A DNA stretch of 34,607 nucleotides from Flavobacteriales bacterium (GTDB lineage: Bacteria > Bacteroidota > Bacteroidia > Flavobacteriales_F > PHOS-HE28): the NCBI GenBank assembly GCA_031410075.1, contig JANNYL010000223.1, positions 1 through 34,607 on the forward strand, read 5' to 3'. The translations under genes and the position numbers were made by a program. A model generated the notes under the pieces. It worked only from the letters and a program-made list of their open reading frames with translations, was not told the DNA's origin and searched no databases. Each line of letters begins with the position of its first letter. Position 1 is the first letter of the stretch. Below, piece by piece: positions 26,512-34,607 of the stretch.

Positions 26512-29500
26512 ATGTTGCCTGCTCGTTCTCTGTTGCTCATCGCCTGCACTTCCGTCGCGTTCGTCGCTAGTGCTCAAAAGCAGATCACAGTTACAGTGGA
26601 TCGCACCATCCCTGTCCAGTTCCTGGGCAGCGTGCAACCGTTCAGCTCGTGGGACAGCACTCAGGTGTTCCGCAACAAGCGTGTGCGAGATGAGAACGGC
26701 TTGATCAGTGAGCGCGAAGAGGAAGAAGCGGAGGAGGGCCGCCGCGGGCACCCGATCCTGGACCTGAACCCGCAACCGCAGGGGGAAGACCCCGCGCACC
26801 AGACCGCTGCTCCGCTCCATGGCTTCGATCGCGCGCTAGACCTCAGCGTGAACGGAATAGGCAATACGAGTGTGAGCCCGGCGGATCCCTGCTTGGCCGT
26901 TGGTCCCAACCACGTGATCCAGATGATCAACGGTCTCTCCGGCGCGTATTTCCGGATCTGCAACAAGAGCCTGGGCACCATTGGTGCGGCGCAGACCTAC
27001 ATGGACAACTTCTTGGCTGCGACACTCAGCTATAGTGGCGCAGGTGATCCGATCGTACTGTATGATGCTTTGGCCGACCGCTGGTTGATCAGCGAGTTCA
27101 CCTCGAACAACACCAACCTCATCGTGGCGATCTCCCAAACGCCGGACCCCACTGGTGCGTGGTATGCCTACGCCTATGCCGCCGCCAACTTCCCGGACTA
27201 TCCGAAGTACGCGGTCTGGAACAACTGCTATGTGGTGACCAGCAACGAGAGCACACCGGCCATCTATGCCTTGCCGCGCGCGAACATGTTGGCCGGTATC
27301 GCCGGCACGGCAGTGCGCTTCGCCATTCCCTCGCTGGCCTCTATCGGTTTCCAAGCCGCCACCCCCGTGCACTACGATGGCGGCCCCGCCCCGCCCGCTG
27401 GCGCCCCGGCCATGTTCATGCGCATGGTGGACGATGCCTGGACCGCCGCCGCCGACGTGGACCGCTTGGAGCTCTGGAACATCAACTACAACGCTGCCAC
27501 ACCAGCAAGTTCCACCATCACCGGGCCCACGGCCATCAACACCACGGTGTTCGATTCCGACCTCTGTGGTTTCAGCACGCTCAACTGCATCCAGCAACCC
27601 GGTGCGCAGACCATGGACCCCCTCCGCGAGGTCCTGATGAACCGCATCTGCTACCGCAACCTCACCGGCCTGGGGTATGAAGCCATCGTCTGCGTGCATG
27701 CCGTGGACCTCAACACCACGGACCGCGCCTGCCCCCGCTGGTACGAACTGCGCCGCGTAGGGGGTACCGCGAACCCGTGGTCCATCCAGCAGCAGGGCAC
27801 GTACTCGCCGGACGCCAACGACCGGTGGATGCCCACGATCGCCATCAACAACAACGGCGACATCGGCCTGGCATACAACATCGCGGGCACCACGGGAGGC
27901 AATGTGTTCCCAAGCGTGCGCTACACCGGTCGCTATAAGAACGACCCGGCCGGCCAGATGACCTTCGCCGAAACGACCATCGTGGCCGGCACCGTCAGCA
28001 ACAGCGGCAACCGCTACGGTGACTACAACTCGCTGAACGTCGATCCCGCTGACGGCACGTCGTTCTACGGAACGGCCATGTACAACCCAGCGGCCGCCTG
28101 GTCCACGCGTATGTTCAAGTTCTCCTTCCCGCCGACCACGGGCTGCGCTACGCCCATCGCAGTGGTGACGCTCACCTGCACCGGCCTTACCCAATACCAG
28201 GTCGCGGTGAACCTCACGAACATGGGCTCCGCTACGAGCATCGCTATCCAAGTGGATAATGACGCTGGCGGACCGAACTTGTACACTACCGTTCAAACAG
28301 TAACGGCCATCGGCAATTACGGTCCCTATGGCCCCTATGCCACCGGATCCACGATCAACGTGCGTTTGGTCCATAACCTGGACGCGAACTGCAACGCGAC
28401 GTTCCAGGGCATCTCGGCCACGTGCAACGGACCAGGCGCCGCCTGCCAGTACAACAGCACCACCACCAGCCCTATCAACGACAACACCACGGTCACGAAT
28501 ACCATTACGGTACCGGCACTGGGCGGTGCGACCATCACCGACCTGAACGTCTTCGTGAACATCACGCACCCCTTCAGCGCCGACCTGCGCCTGAGCCTAT
28601 TGAGCCCGACGGGCACCACCGTGGCCCTGATCAACAGCGGCCTTTGCACGGACAACGACAACATTACCGCTGAGTTCGATCAACAAGCCAGCACGGCCGT
28701 GGGCGTTACATGCCCCCTCAACAATGTGTTCGTGATCCCCGCCGCTTCGCTGAACGCGTTCAATGGGCAGGTGCTTCAGGGTACTTGGACCTTGAGCGTA
28801 CAGGACGTGGCTACCACGGACCAAGGAACGCTTAACAGCTGGTGCCTCATCCCCACGGTGCCCACGCCGAACGTGTTGGTGTCCCCGAAAGTATTTTTGG
28901 AAGGCCCTTATGTGCAGGCTTCGGGGTTGATGCATGATAGCCTTCGAGTGAAAGGCTTGATCCCCTTGGCACAACCATTCACGGCCCTCGGCTATGCGCA
29001 TGTTGGTGGTGGCGGCGAGGTTACCACCGCCCCTGTACTCGCTGTTGTCGGCAACAACGCTATAGTTGACTGGGTGCTTGTCGAATTGCGCAATTCCGCA
29101 ACGCCATCGACAAGAGTCGCTTCGAAGAGCGCCCTTGTTCAACGGGACGGAGATGTGGTCGGCACCGATGGTGTATCACCGGTTTCGTTCACGATCGCTC
29201 CCGGCAATTACTATGTCGCTATTCGGCACAGGAACCATTTGGGTGCGATGACGGCCACCGCGCAATCACTGACGAGCGCGCCGCTAGCGCTGAATTTCAC
29301 GACCCTCGCGCTCTCCACCTTTGGAACCAATGCGCGGAAGGATGTTAGCGGCACACAAGTCTTGTGGACCGGTGATGTCACCTTCAACAAGACATTGACA
29401 TACGTGGGCGTTGGTAACGATCGTGATCCCATCCTGACGCGTGTAGGTGGGACTACCCCTAATAACGTGGTCAGCGGGTACTTTTCAGAAGACACCAACT

Positions 29501-29607
29501 TGGATGGTAGGGTAAGCTACATCGGCGTCGGAAACGACCGCGATGTGATCCTCATTAATGTGGGAAGTACAACACCGAACAACACGCGCACCGAGCAAGT
29601 GCCTTGA
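26512..29607 (+). CDS. Large secreted mosaic protein: sialidase-fold-like propeller region, proprotein-convertase P-domain, and C-terminal module with duplicated dockerin/EF-hand-like repeats
   Basis: 1031 aa. Signal peptide MLPARSLLLIACTSVAFVASAQ. N-terminal half has DPCLAVGPNHVIQMIN ... GNRYGDYNSLNVDPADGTSFYG, a pattern seen in sialidase-fold hypothetical proteins. P-domain signature (about 28440..28850): ITDLNVFVNITHPFSADLRLSLLSPTGTTVALI...LQGTWTLSVQDVATTDQGTLNSWCLI. C-terminus has two copies of Y(V/I)GVGNDRDxILxxVG(G/S)TTPNN (29401..29466 and 29518..29583) around a DTNLDGRV calcium-loop-like motif. Confidence 0.85.
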   Translation: MLPARSLLLIACTSVAFVASAQKQITVTVDRTIPVQFLGSVQPFSSWDSTQVFRNKRVRDENGLISEREEEEAEEGRRGHPILDLNPQPQGEDPAHQTAAPLHGFDRALDLSVNGIGNTSVSPADPCLAVGPNHVIQMINGLSGAYFRICNKSLGTIGAAQTYMDNFLAATLSYSGAGDPIVLYDALADRWLISEFTSNNTNLIVAISQTPDPTGAWYAYAYAAANFPDYPKYAVWNNCYVVTSNESTPAIYALPRANMLAGIAGTAVRFAIPSLASIGFQAATPVHYDGGPAPPAGAPAMFMRMVDDAWTAAADVDRLELWNINYNAATPASSTITGPTAINTTVFDSDLCGFSTLNCIQQPGAQTMDPLREVLMNRICYRNLTGLGYEAIVCVHAVDLNTTDRACPRWYELRRVGGTANPWSIQQQGTYSPDANDRWMPTIAINNNGDIGLAYNIAGTTGGNVFPSVRYTGRYKNDPAGQMTFAETTIVAGTVSNSGNRYGDYNSLNVDPADGTSFYGTAMYNPAAAWSTRMFKFSFPPTTGCATPIAVVTLTCTGLTQYQVAVNLTNMGSATSIAIQVDNDAGGPNLYTTVQTVTAIGNYGPYGPYATGSTINVRLVHNLDANCNATFQGISATCNGPGAACQYNSTTTSPINDNTTVTNTITVPALGGATITDLNVFVNITHPFSADLRLSLLSPTGTTVALINSGLCTDNDNITAEFDQQASTAVGVTCPLNNVFVIPAASLNAFNGQVLQGTWTLSVQDVATTDQGTLNSWCLIPTVPTPNVLVSPKVFLEGPYVQASGLMHDSLRVKGLIPLAQPFTALGYAHVGGGGEVTTAPVLAVVGNNAIVDWVLVELRNSATPSTRVASKSALVQRDGDVVGTDGVSPVSFTIAPGNYYVAIRHRNHLGAMTATAQSLTSAPLALNFTTLALSTFGTNARKDVSGTQVLWTGDVTFNKTLTYVGVGNDRDPILTRVGGTTPNNVVSGYFSEDTNLDGRVSYIGVGNDRDVILINVGSTTPNNTRTEQVP

Positions 29608-29630
29608 TCAGGGCAAAGGCCAGGAGTGGC

Positions 29631-30146
29631 TTATTGTTTTGCTGTAGCACCAGCTGAAACTGGCTTTCCGCCGTTCTTTTTCGGCTTTTCGTGCAAGGTG
29701 TTCTCTGCGCGCGCGATGGCTTCCAACTCCTTCAAGCGCTCGTAGGCGAGCATTTGCTTGTTGTATCGGCGTAAGTCTGCTGGGCTCAGTTCGTGTACGT
29801 TTCGCAGGTCCATTTTGTCACTGAGGTCGTGCACTTTCACACGAATGGCCAGGTTGTTCTGTGCCACTCGATCGATATAGGCTTCATAGGTCTCTTTCTC
29901 ACTACGCGTGATGTGTGCAAGGGCTTCGAGAACAGGCGCTGGAAAGTCCTTCGTGCGCATGTGGGCCAACGTAAGGTCCGAGCGCTCAAGGACATCATGA
30001 AGCGCACCGAGCAGCTGCTCTTCGAGATTTCGACCACGCGTCATAACCCTCATCACGTGCAGGATGTATGGCTGGTTGAACCGGTCCACTTGGCCCTTAT
30101 GGACCTTGGCCGCCAGGCGGATGGCGCGTTCGAGGAGGAAATCCAT
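29631..30146 (-). CDS. Stand-alone HD-domain protein, RelA/SpoT-hydrolase-like (small alarmone hydrolase-like)
   Basis: The track ORF 29631..30287 was trimmed to the ATG at 30146: MDFLLERAIRLAAKVHKGQVDRFNQPYILHVMRV...LLGALHDVLERSDLT...VLEALAHITRS...YEAYIDRV...AIRVKVHDLSDKMD. This follows the AxxAHxGQxxxxGxPYxxH ... LHDxxED ... VKxxD pattern of SpoT/Mesh1-type (p)ppGpp hydrolase domains. A Lys-rich tail follows. Confidence 0.8.
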   Translation of the reverse strand: MDFLLERAIRLAAKVHKGQVDRFNQPYILHVMRVMTRGRNLEEQLLGALHDVLERSDLTLAHMRTKDFPAPVLEALAHITRSEKETYEAYIDRVAQNNLAIRVKVHDLSDKMDLRNVHELSPADLRRYNKQMLAYERLKELEAIARAENTLHEKPKKNGGKPVSAGATAKQ

Positions 30147-30992
30147 GGAGTGCGAGGGCGGTCGAAAATAGCAGATGAATGAAAAAGTCAAGCATCGAGA
30201 TTTCACGCATTGCAAACCCGTGCATCGGAACTTCTTAGGCAGAACGGAGGAACATAAACTGGTCAACCTGATCTTGTCATCGATCAACTGGAAGTCTGGT
30301 CAATGTGCCGTGCAGTTCTCGGATCTTGGTCTGAGATGCTCGCAATTGCTGCGCAGAGCCTGAGGTCTGTGTTATGTAGAACGGCCTCGGCAGGTTGGGT
30401 CGCACGTCTGGAGCTTGGATCAAGCTCACTGTTCCGGGGTATCGCGAGAGTCTTTCTCTAGTACAAGAAGCGGAAATATGTCGATGAAATTGGATTTTGA
30501 TCCGACGAAACTTGACAACGGCTTCCGCATCACACTTCATTTGCGCCTCATTCTCGGTGAATACCGGGAACCCGATCGGCCCGCTAGCTACTTGGACAAT
30601 AGCAACGGAAAACGATCATGGTACTTGTGAATAGTCATGTTAAGCGCTTGGTATGCGCCGTTCCACGAACGACGCAGGTGAGCCTTCCGCCATCGGGCGA
30701 AGTCGTTGGCAAATGGATGCTGATGCACTTGATGGCTGCCGTAGTTGCCTCTTGGGCACAGCGCCTCACATCCCGTTTCACAAACCGGCCTAGAACGAAC
30801 CCGGTGAGCCATGCGTGAACCCGGAACACATCAACGATCGTCCATGGCAGCCCTGCTCTCTGAGTTCCGGGATCCGGAGCTCTGGTGCTTCTGCGTGCTG
30901 GGCATCATACTGGTCCTTTTTGCATGAATCAAACAAGAGCCGCGATCCGCGAGCCCTTCAAATTGAAAAACCAATAACCAAACACCTCGAAC

Positions 30993-33900
30993 ATGCGACC
31001 GAACCGATACACTCGCTGTGCTCGTCACGGCACGTTCACGGCAATGGCCTTGGCCATTTCCTTGGGCGCTTTTGCGCAACGAGCGCAGAAGTCATCCGGA
31101 CACGATGCTGCTGCGGATGAACTCCTCCACAATTTCGAGAAGCGGATCACCTTCACGGAGAACCAAGGGCAGTTCTCCGACGGTGTGTTGTACCGCGCGG
31201 ATTTCCCGTTGGGCCAAGCGTTGGCCACGCCTGAGGGGATGTATATGAAGAGCTATGATCCTATTGCCGTGCGTGAACGCCAGGAAGAGGGCATGCGCAT
31301 CGAGCAGGACATGCACGATGGCAAACCATCCCGACCGCTCACCTGGCGTGAGCGTGGTCATGGTTGGATGATGAGCTTCAAGAATGCTTCGTCCGCAATG
31401 CGCGTGGAAAGTCGCGCGCCTCATACGGAAACCACCAACTACTTCATCGGTGGCAAGTCCGCGATGAACGTGGGCACAAGCAACGAGGTGTGGTACACCA
31501 ATGTGTACGCGCACACCGATATACGTTACTACCCTGATGCCAACGGCGCACTGGAGTACGACATCATTTGCAAGCCCGGAAGCGATCCGCGCAATATCGC
31601 GATCGAGCTCAAGGGTATCGAACGACTGCGCGTGAACGAGAAAGGCGAACTCGTGATGCCGACCAGTTTGGGCGAAATGACGTATCCCGCTCCCGTGGTT
31701 TACCAGCGTGTGAATGGACGTGAACGAAAGGTGGAAGCGAGCTACAAGGTGAGCAAGAACAACGTTCTTGGGTTCACACTTGGCGACTATGACAAGTCGC
31801 AGCCCCTGGTCATCGACCCTATCGCGTTGCGCTGGGCCACATGGGTGAACACAGCGAGTAGTGACGACAACCACGGACATGCGATCTGGGTGGATCCGAG
31901 CGATGGTGCCATTTATGTGGTTGCACGTGTAGTTGGGACAACGGACCAGATCACGGTTGGTGCCTTCGACGTAACGGCCAATGGAAATCTGGAAATGATC
32001 GTAGGTAAGTACTTGGAACCTGCCGTTGTAGGTGGTTCAGGTACACGTGTTTGGCAGACGTACATCGGCGGAAACAATGATGACAACCCGTATGCGATGG
32101 AACAAGGGCCAGATGGCAACCTTTACATCACCGGTCTTACAGGCAGCACGAACTTCCCACTTCTCGGAGGTACGGGGTTCACGGGAGCGAGCCTCGATCA
32201 GCAGGCACAAACTGGGAACGACATATTCGTGTTGAAGATCAATACCGCTGGTACAGGTATAAAATCGTGTGTGGTCGGTGGTAATGGCGATGACCTTTCC
32301 TACGACCTGCGCACCACAAGCAACGGGGATGTATTGGTGTGCGGAACAACCACCAGCACCAACCTCAATACCCTGAACGGTGGTACGGCGAGCAACACCA
32401 ACAACGGTGGAACTGACGTCGTCCTCTTCAAGGTGAACCAGGCACTGAGCAGCTTGGTATGGATGCGCAACTATGGCGGTAGTGGAGGTGATGAAACACG
32501 CATTATGGTGCAGGATCCGGTGAGCAACGAGATCTTCCTTGGCGGTTACACTGCCAGCACGAACTTCCCGACGGTGAGCCCTCGACAAAGCACACGCGGT
32601 GGCAACACTGCCGGCTTTCTTCAGCGCTTGAACAGCATTGGTGCAGCCTCCTGGTCTTCGTATTTCTCATCGGCCGCGAGCAGCAGTGCGCAGATCCTGT
32701 GCATGGAATTCAACACCACACGAACGGAACTCTATTTCGGCGGATTGACCACTGGCCTTCTCGCGGCCAACATCAGCGCGAGTGGCGTGTTGGACAATAG
32801 CTACAATGGCAGCACGGATTACTTCGTTTGCCGCATGGGCATTGATCAGAGTTTCTTGGCCTCCACCTATCTCGGTGGTACGGGCACAGAAGCGAACATG
32901 ATGGGGTTGAATACGGACTTGAACAACGATGTATACGTATTCGGCTATAGCGCCAGCACGAACTTCCCGACCAGCAGCTTGCCGAACACGGCGTTGCAGA
33001 TCACCAACCAAGGGGAGAACGACAAGACATTCAGCAAGCTGAGTGCGAACTTGGGATCACTCCTTTTCAGCACCTACTATGGTGGCACCACCGACGACTA
33101 TGATCCCGTGGGCGAACGTGGCATCAAATTCAGCAACTGCCGCATTTACACGATCGTTACAGCCGAGAGCAACAACATCCCGCTCACACAGGGTGCATTG
33201 AACACCACAAAAGTGAGTTCGAGCACTACCATCTATGAGCCGGGCCTCGTTGTGTGGGCAAATCCACCGGACATTCTGGACAACACCATCAACGGGAACC
33301 AGACCATTTGCGCGGGTGGTTTACCGGGTAACATCACAGGTTCGAATCCGAGCTATGTTCTGCCGACCATTGTCAGGAACAATTCCGCGAGCGCATATCC
33401 TTCCTTGGGATCAGCCGCGACTTTCCAATGGCAGATCAGCACGGACAGCCTTAACTGGGCCAATATCCTTGGGGCCACCAGCCAGAACCTGTTGGGTTCG
33501 CAAGTTGGTGTGGTCACGGTAAAGACGTTCATCCGTCGCATCATCGGTGGTGATGCATGTGTGCTCGCCGGAGCAGCTGACCAGGTAGTGACGGTGAACA
33601 TCAATACGGTTACCGGGGTGGTGAATGACGCATTGTGCAACGCTGGCTCTTCCGGTTCGATCACCGCAACATCCACTGGCACGGCACCATTCACCTATCT
33701 CTGGAGCAACGGGCAGACCACACAGACCGCGACCAACCTTGCCGCTGGTTCGTACAGTGTAACAGTTACTGATGTGAACCAATGCCCCGCTAGCGCGAAT
33801 TTCCAGGTGGGTCAACCAAGTGCGGTCGGTGGTAGTGCTCAGGTTACCAACGCGACGTGCGGAAATAACAACGGAAGTGCAACTGCAAGCGGTTCGGGTG

Positions 33901-34607
33901 GCACTCCGGGATATAGCTACTTGTGGAGCACCGGTGCTGTTGGTTCTGTGCTTTCAGGCGTAGCCGGTGGCAACTATAGTGTGACAATTACTGACGCCAA
34001 CCAGTGTGCGTTCGTGTTGCCCGTTTCGATCAGTGGTGGTGGTGTGCCCAATGCGAGCGCTGGGGACGATTCACAGATCACCTGCCTCAATAACCAACAA
34101 GTGGTGTTGGATGGATCTTCCACAACGCCCAACGTCACCTTCAGCTGGAGTGGTCCAGGCATTGTGTCGGGCGGTGGTACAGAAGATGTGACAGTGAATG
34201 CGGCTGGCACATACGTTCTAACCGTGACGAACGCGCAGACAGGATGCACTGCTACGGATGCCGCTGTGGTAACAGCCAATACAACACTACCCGGTGCGCA
34301 AGCCACGGGCGGCACCTTGAACTGCAACGTGTCGAGCGTACAACTCGGTGGAAGCGGAAACGGAACGTTCTCTTGGAGCGGTCCGAGCGGATTCACGAGC
34401 AACGTGCAGAACCCAACGGTGAGTGTCGCAGGCACGTATGTGCTCACGGTCACTGGCGCGAACGGATGCACAAGCACTGCGCAAGCGATAGTGGAACTTG
34501 ATGGAACACTTCCCGGTGCACAAGCCACAGGCGGCACCTTGAATTGCAACGTGTCGAGCGTACAACTGGGTGGAAGCGGTAACGGAACGTTCTCATGGAG
34601 CGGCCCG
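30993..34607 (+). CDS. Giant cell-surface adhesin, N-terminal 1205 aa only (SBBP beta-propeller repeats, SprB-type repeats, then tandem Ig-like modules of about 74 aa); continues past the window end
   Basis: Absent from the ORF track (no in-window stop). Hand translation from the ATG at 30993 gives exactly 1205 uninterrupted codons to 34607. Signal peptide MRPNRYTRCARHGTFTAMALAISLGAFAQ. SBBP-like repeats (about 32040..33130): GPDGNLYITGLTGSTNFPL, NGDVLVCGTTTSTNL, NEIFLGGYTASTNFPT, NDVYVFGYSASTNFPT. SprB-type repeats (about 33610..34035): CNAGSSGSITATSTGTAPFTYLWSNGQTTQTATNLAAGSYSVTVTDVNQC and CGNNNGSATASGSGGTPGYSYLWSTG..GNYSVTITDANQC. Then repeated modules ending in FSWSGP. Reverse-strand track ORFs 31092..31880, 32037..32588 and 33974..34549 are antisense shadows. 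Confidence 0.9.
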   Translation, partial: MRPNRYTRCARHGTFTAMALAISLGAFAQRAQKSSGHDAAADELLHNFEKRITFTENQGQFSDGVLYRADFPLGQALATPEGMYMKSYDPIAVRERQEEGMRIEQDMHDGKPSRPLTWRERGHGWMMSFKNASSAMRVESRAPHTETTNYFIGGKSAMNVGTSNEVWYTNVYAHTDIRYYPDANGALEYDIICKPGSDPRNIAIELKGIERLRVNEKGELVMPTSLGEMTYPAPVVYQRVNGRERKVEASYKVSKNNVLGFTLGDYDKSQPLVIDPIALRWATWVNTASSDDNHGHAIWVDPSDGAIYVVARVVGTTDQITVGAFDVTANGNLEMIVGKYLEPAVVGGSGTRVWQTYIGGNNDDNPYAMEQGPDGNLYITGLTGSTNFPLLGGTGFTGASLDQQAQTGNDIFVLKINTAGTGIKSCVVGGNGDDLSYDLRTTSNGDVLVCGTTTSTNLNTLNGGTASNTNNGGTDVVLFKVNQALSSLVWMRNYGGSGGDETRIMVQDPVSNEIFLGGYTASTNFPTVSPRQSTRGGNTAGFLQRLNSIGAASWSSYFSSAASSSAQILCMEFNTTRTELYFGGLTTGLLAANISASGVLDNSYNGSTDYFVCRMGIDQSFLASTYLGGTGTEANMMGLNTDLNNDVYVFGYSASTNFPTSSLPNTALQITNQGENDKTFSKLSANLGSLLFSTYYGGTTDDYDPVGERGIKFSNCRIYTIVTAESNNIPLTQGALNTTKVSSSTTIYEPGLVVWANPPDILDNTINGNQTICAGGLPGNITGSNPSYVLPTIVRNNSASAYPSLGSAATFQWQISTDSLNWANILGATSQNLLGSQVGVVTVKTFIRRIIGGDACVLAGAADQVVTVNINTVTGVVNDALCNAGSSGSITATSTGTAPFTYLWSNGQTTQTATNLAAGSYSVTVTDVNQCPASANFQVGQPSAVGGSAQVTNATCGNNNGSATASGSGGTPGYSYLWSTGAVGSVLSGVAGGNYSVTITDANQCAFVLPVSISGGGVPNASAGDDSQITCLNNQQVVLDGSSTTPNVTFSWSGPGIVSGGGTEDVTVNAAGTYVLTVTNAQTGCTATDAAVVTANTTLPGAQATGGTLNCNVSSVQLGGSGNGTFSWSGPSGFTSNVQNPTVSVAGTYVLTVTGANGCTSTAQAIVELDGTLPGAQATGGTLNCNVSSVQLGGSGNGTFSWSGP
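34290..34607 (+). repeat. In-frame tandem repeat inside the adhesin gene, period 222 bp (74 aa)
   Basis: The 96-nt segments 34290..34385 and 34512..34607 align without gaps and differ at 7 of 96 positions. Both encode the identical peptide PGAQATGGTLNCNVSSVQLGGSGNGTFSWSGP. A more diverged copy lies upstream (about 34060..34280, ...TPNVTFSWSGPGIVSGGG...). The window ends inside the repeat array. Confidence 0.9.

Noticed and set aside
26836-28569. 577-aa reverse-strand ORF inside the P-domain protein gene
   Set aside because: The composition is extremely Gly/Arg/Val/His/Asp-rich (GGGG and RGRR runs) with no domain pattern. It is an antisense shadow of a well-supported forward-strand gene.
30415-30630. 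71-aa forward-strand ORF (TTG start; internal ATG gives MSMKLDFDPTKLDNGFRITLHLRLILGEYREPDRPASYLDNSNGKRSWYL) and overlapping 87-aa reverse-strand ORF 30277..30540
   Set aside because: The two overlap each other and have no motif, signal peptide or recognisable fold pattern. I kept them only as part of the finding on the unexplained 846-bp region, not as features.
31092-32588. Reverse-strand ORFs 31092..31880 (262 aa) and 32037..32588 (183 aa)
   Set aside because: They are antisense shadows of the adhesin gene. The track misses the true forward-strand gene only because it has no stop codon within the window.
33974-34549. 191-aa reverse-strand ORF with an internal repeat (LQFKVPPVACAPGSV occurs twice)
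   Set aside because: The repeat is just the antisense image of the in-frame 222-nt tandem repeat of the forward-strand adhesin gene. The forward frame is open for 1205 codons and has SBBP/SprB motifs.
1-34607. Search for CRISPR arrays, tRNA/rRNA genes, integrases, transposases, and inverted or direct repeats flanking the low-GC protease gene
   Set aside because: I found no regularly spaced direct repeats, no cloverleaf-like or rRNA-like segments in the intergenic regions, and no recombinase motifs in any frame I read. I could not identify flanking direct repeats around 12230..13369 by eye. A computational repeat search is still needed, so this is absence of evidence only.

Overview
This 34.6-kb chromosomal segment has about 56-57% GC in the 100-nt windows I hand-counted. 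It is almost certainly from a member of Bacteroidota. The markers are a T9SS type-B (gliding-motility-associated) C-terminal sorting domain, an SBBP/SprB-repeat adhesin, a SprE/PorW-like TPR lipoprotein, a bacterial GH3-family gene and a giant alpha-2-macroglobulin lipoprotein.

I call 18 protein-coding genes. Two are cut by the window edges and are absent from the supplied ORF track because they have no in-window stop codon: a reverse-strand gene at 1..1226 and a forward-strand adhesin at 30993..34607. I recovered both by hand translation. Several track ORFs carry spurious N-terminal extensions, some with TTG or GTG starts. I trimmed these to the ATG that exposes a signal peptide or a conserved N-terminus.

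I found no rRNA, tRNA, CRISPR array, integrase or transposase. Most of the content is housekeeping (tsaC, dxr, rseP) or cell-envelope and secreted proteins.

The best candidate for something undescribed is the tightly packed reverse-strand block at 12316..15071, wedged between tsaC and dxr. It encodes a membrane-anchored Cys-rich protein, a Crp/Fnr-type cNMP-binding regulator and a leaderless trypsin-fold protease. The protease has an unrecognised N-terminal domain of about 150 aa. Its gene is a sharp low-GC islet (43-45% GC by hand count) that begins exactly at the gene boundary.

Secondary oddities:
- a stand-alone small-alarmone-hydrolase-like HD protein with an atypical active-site motif;
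- an 846-bp region beside it with no convincing gene;
- a proprotein-convertase P-domain protein with no protease domain;
- a thioester-bearing alpha-2-macroglobulin with no pbpC partner;
- adhesin tandem repeats that differ only at synonymous sites.

All family assignments come from motif recognition by eye. No searches were run.
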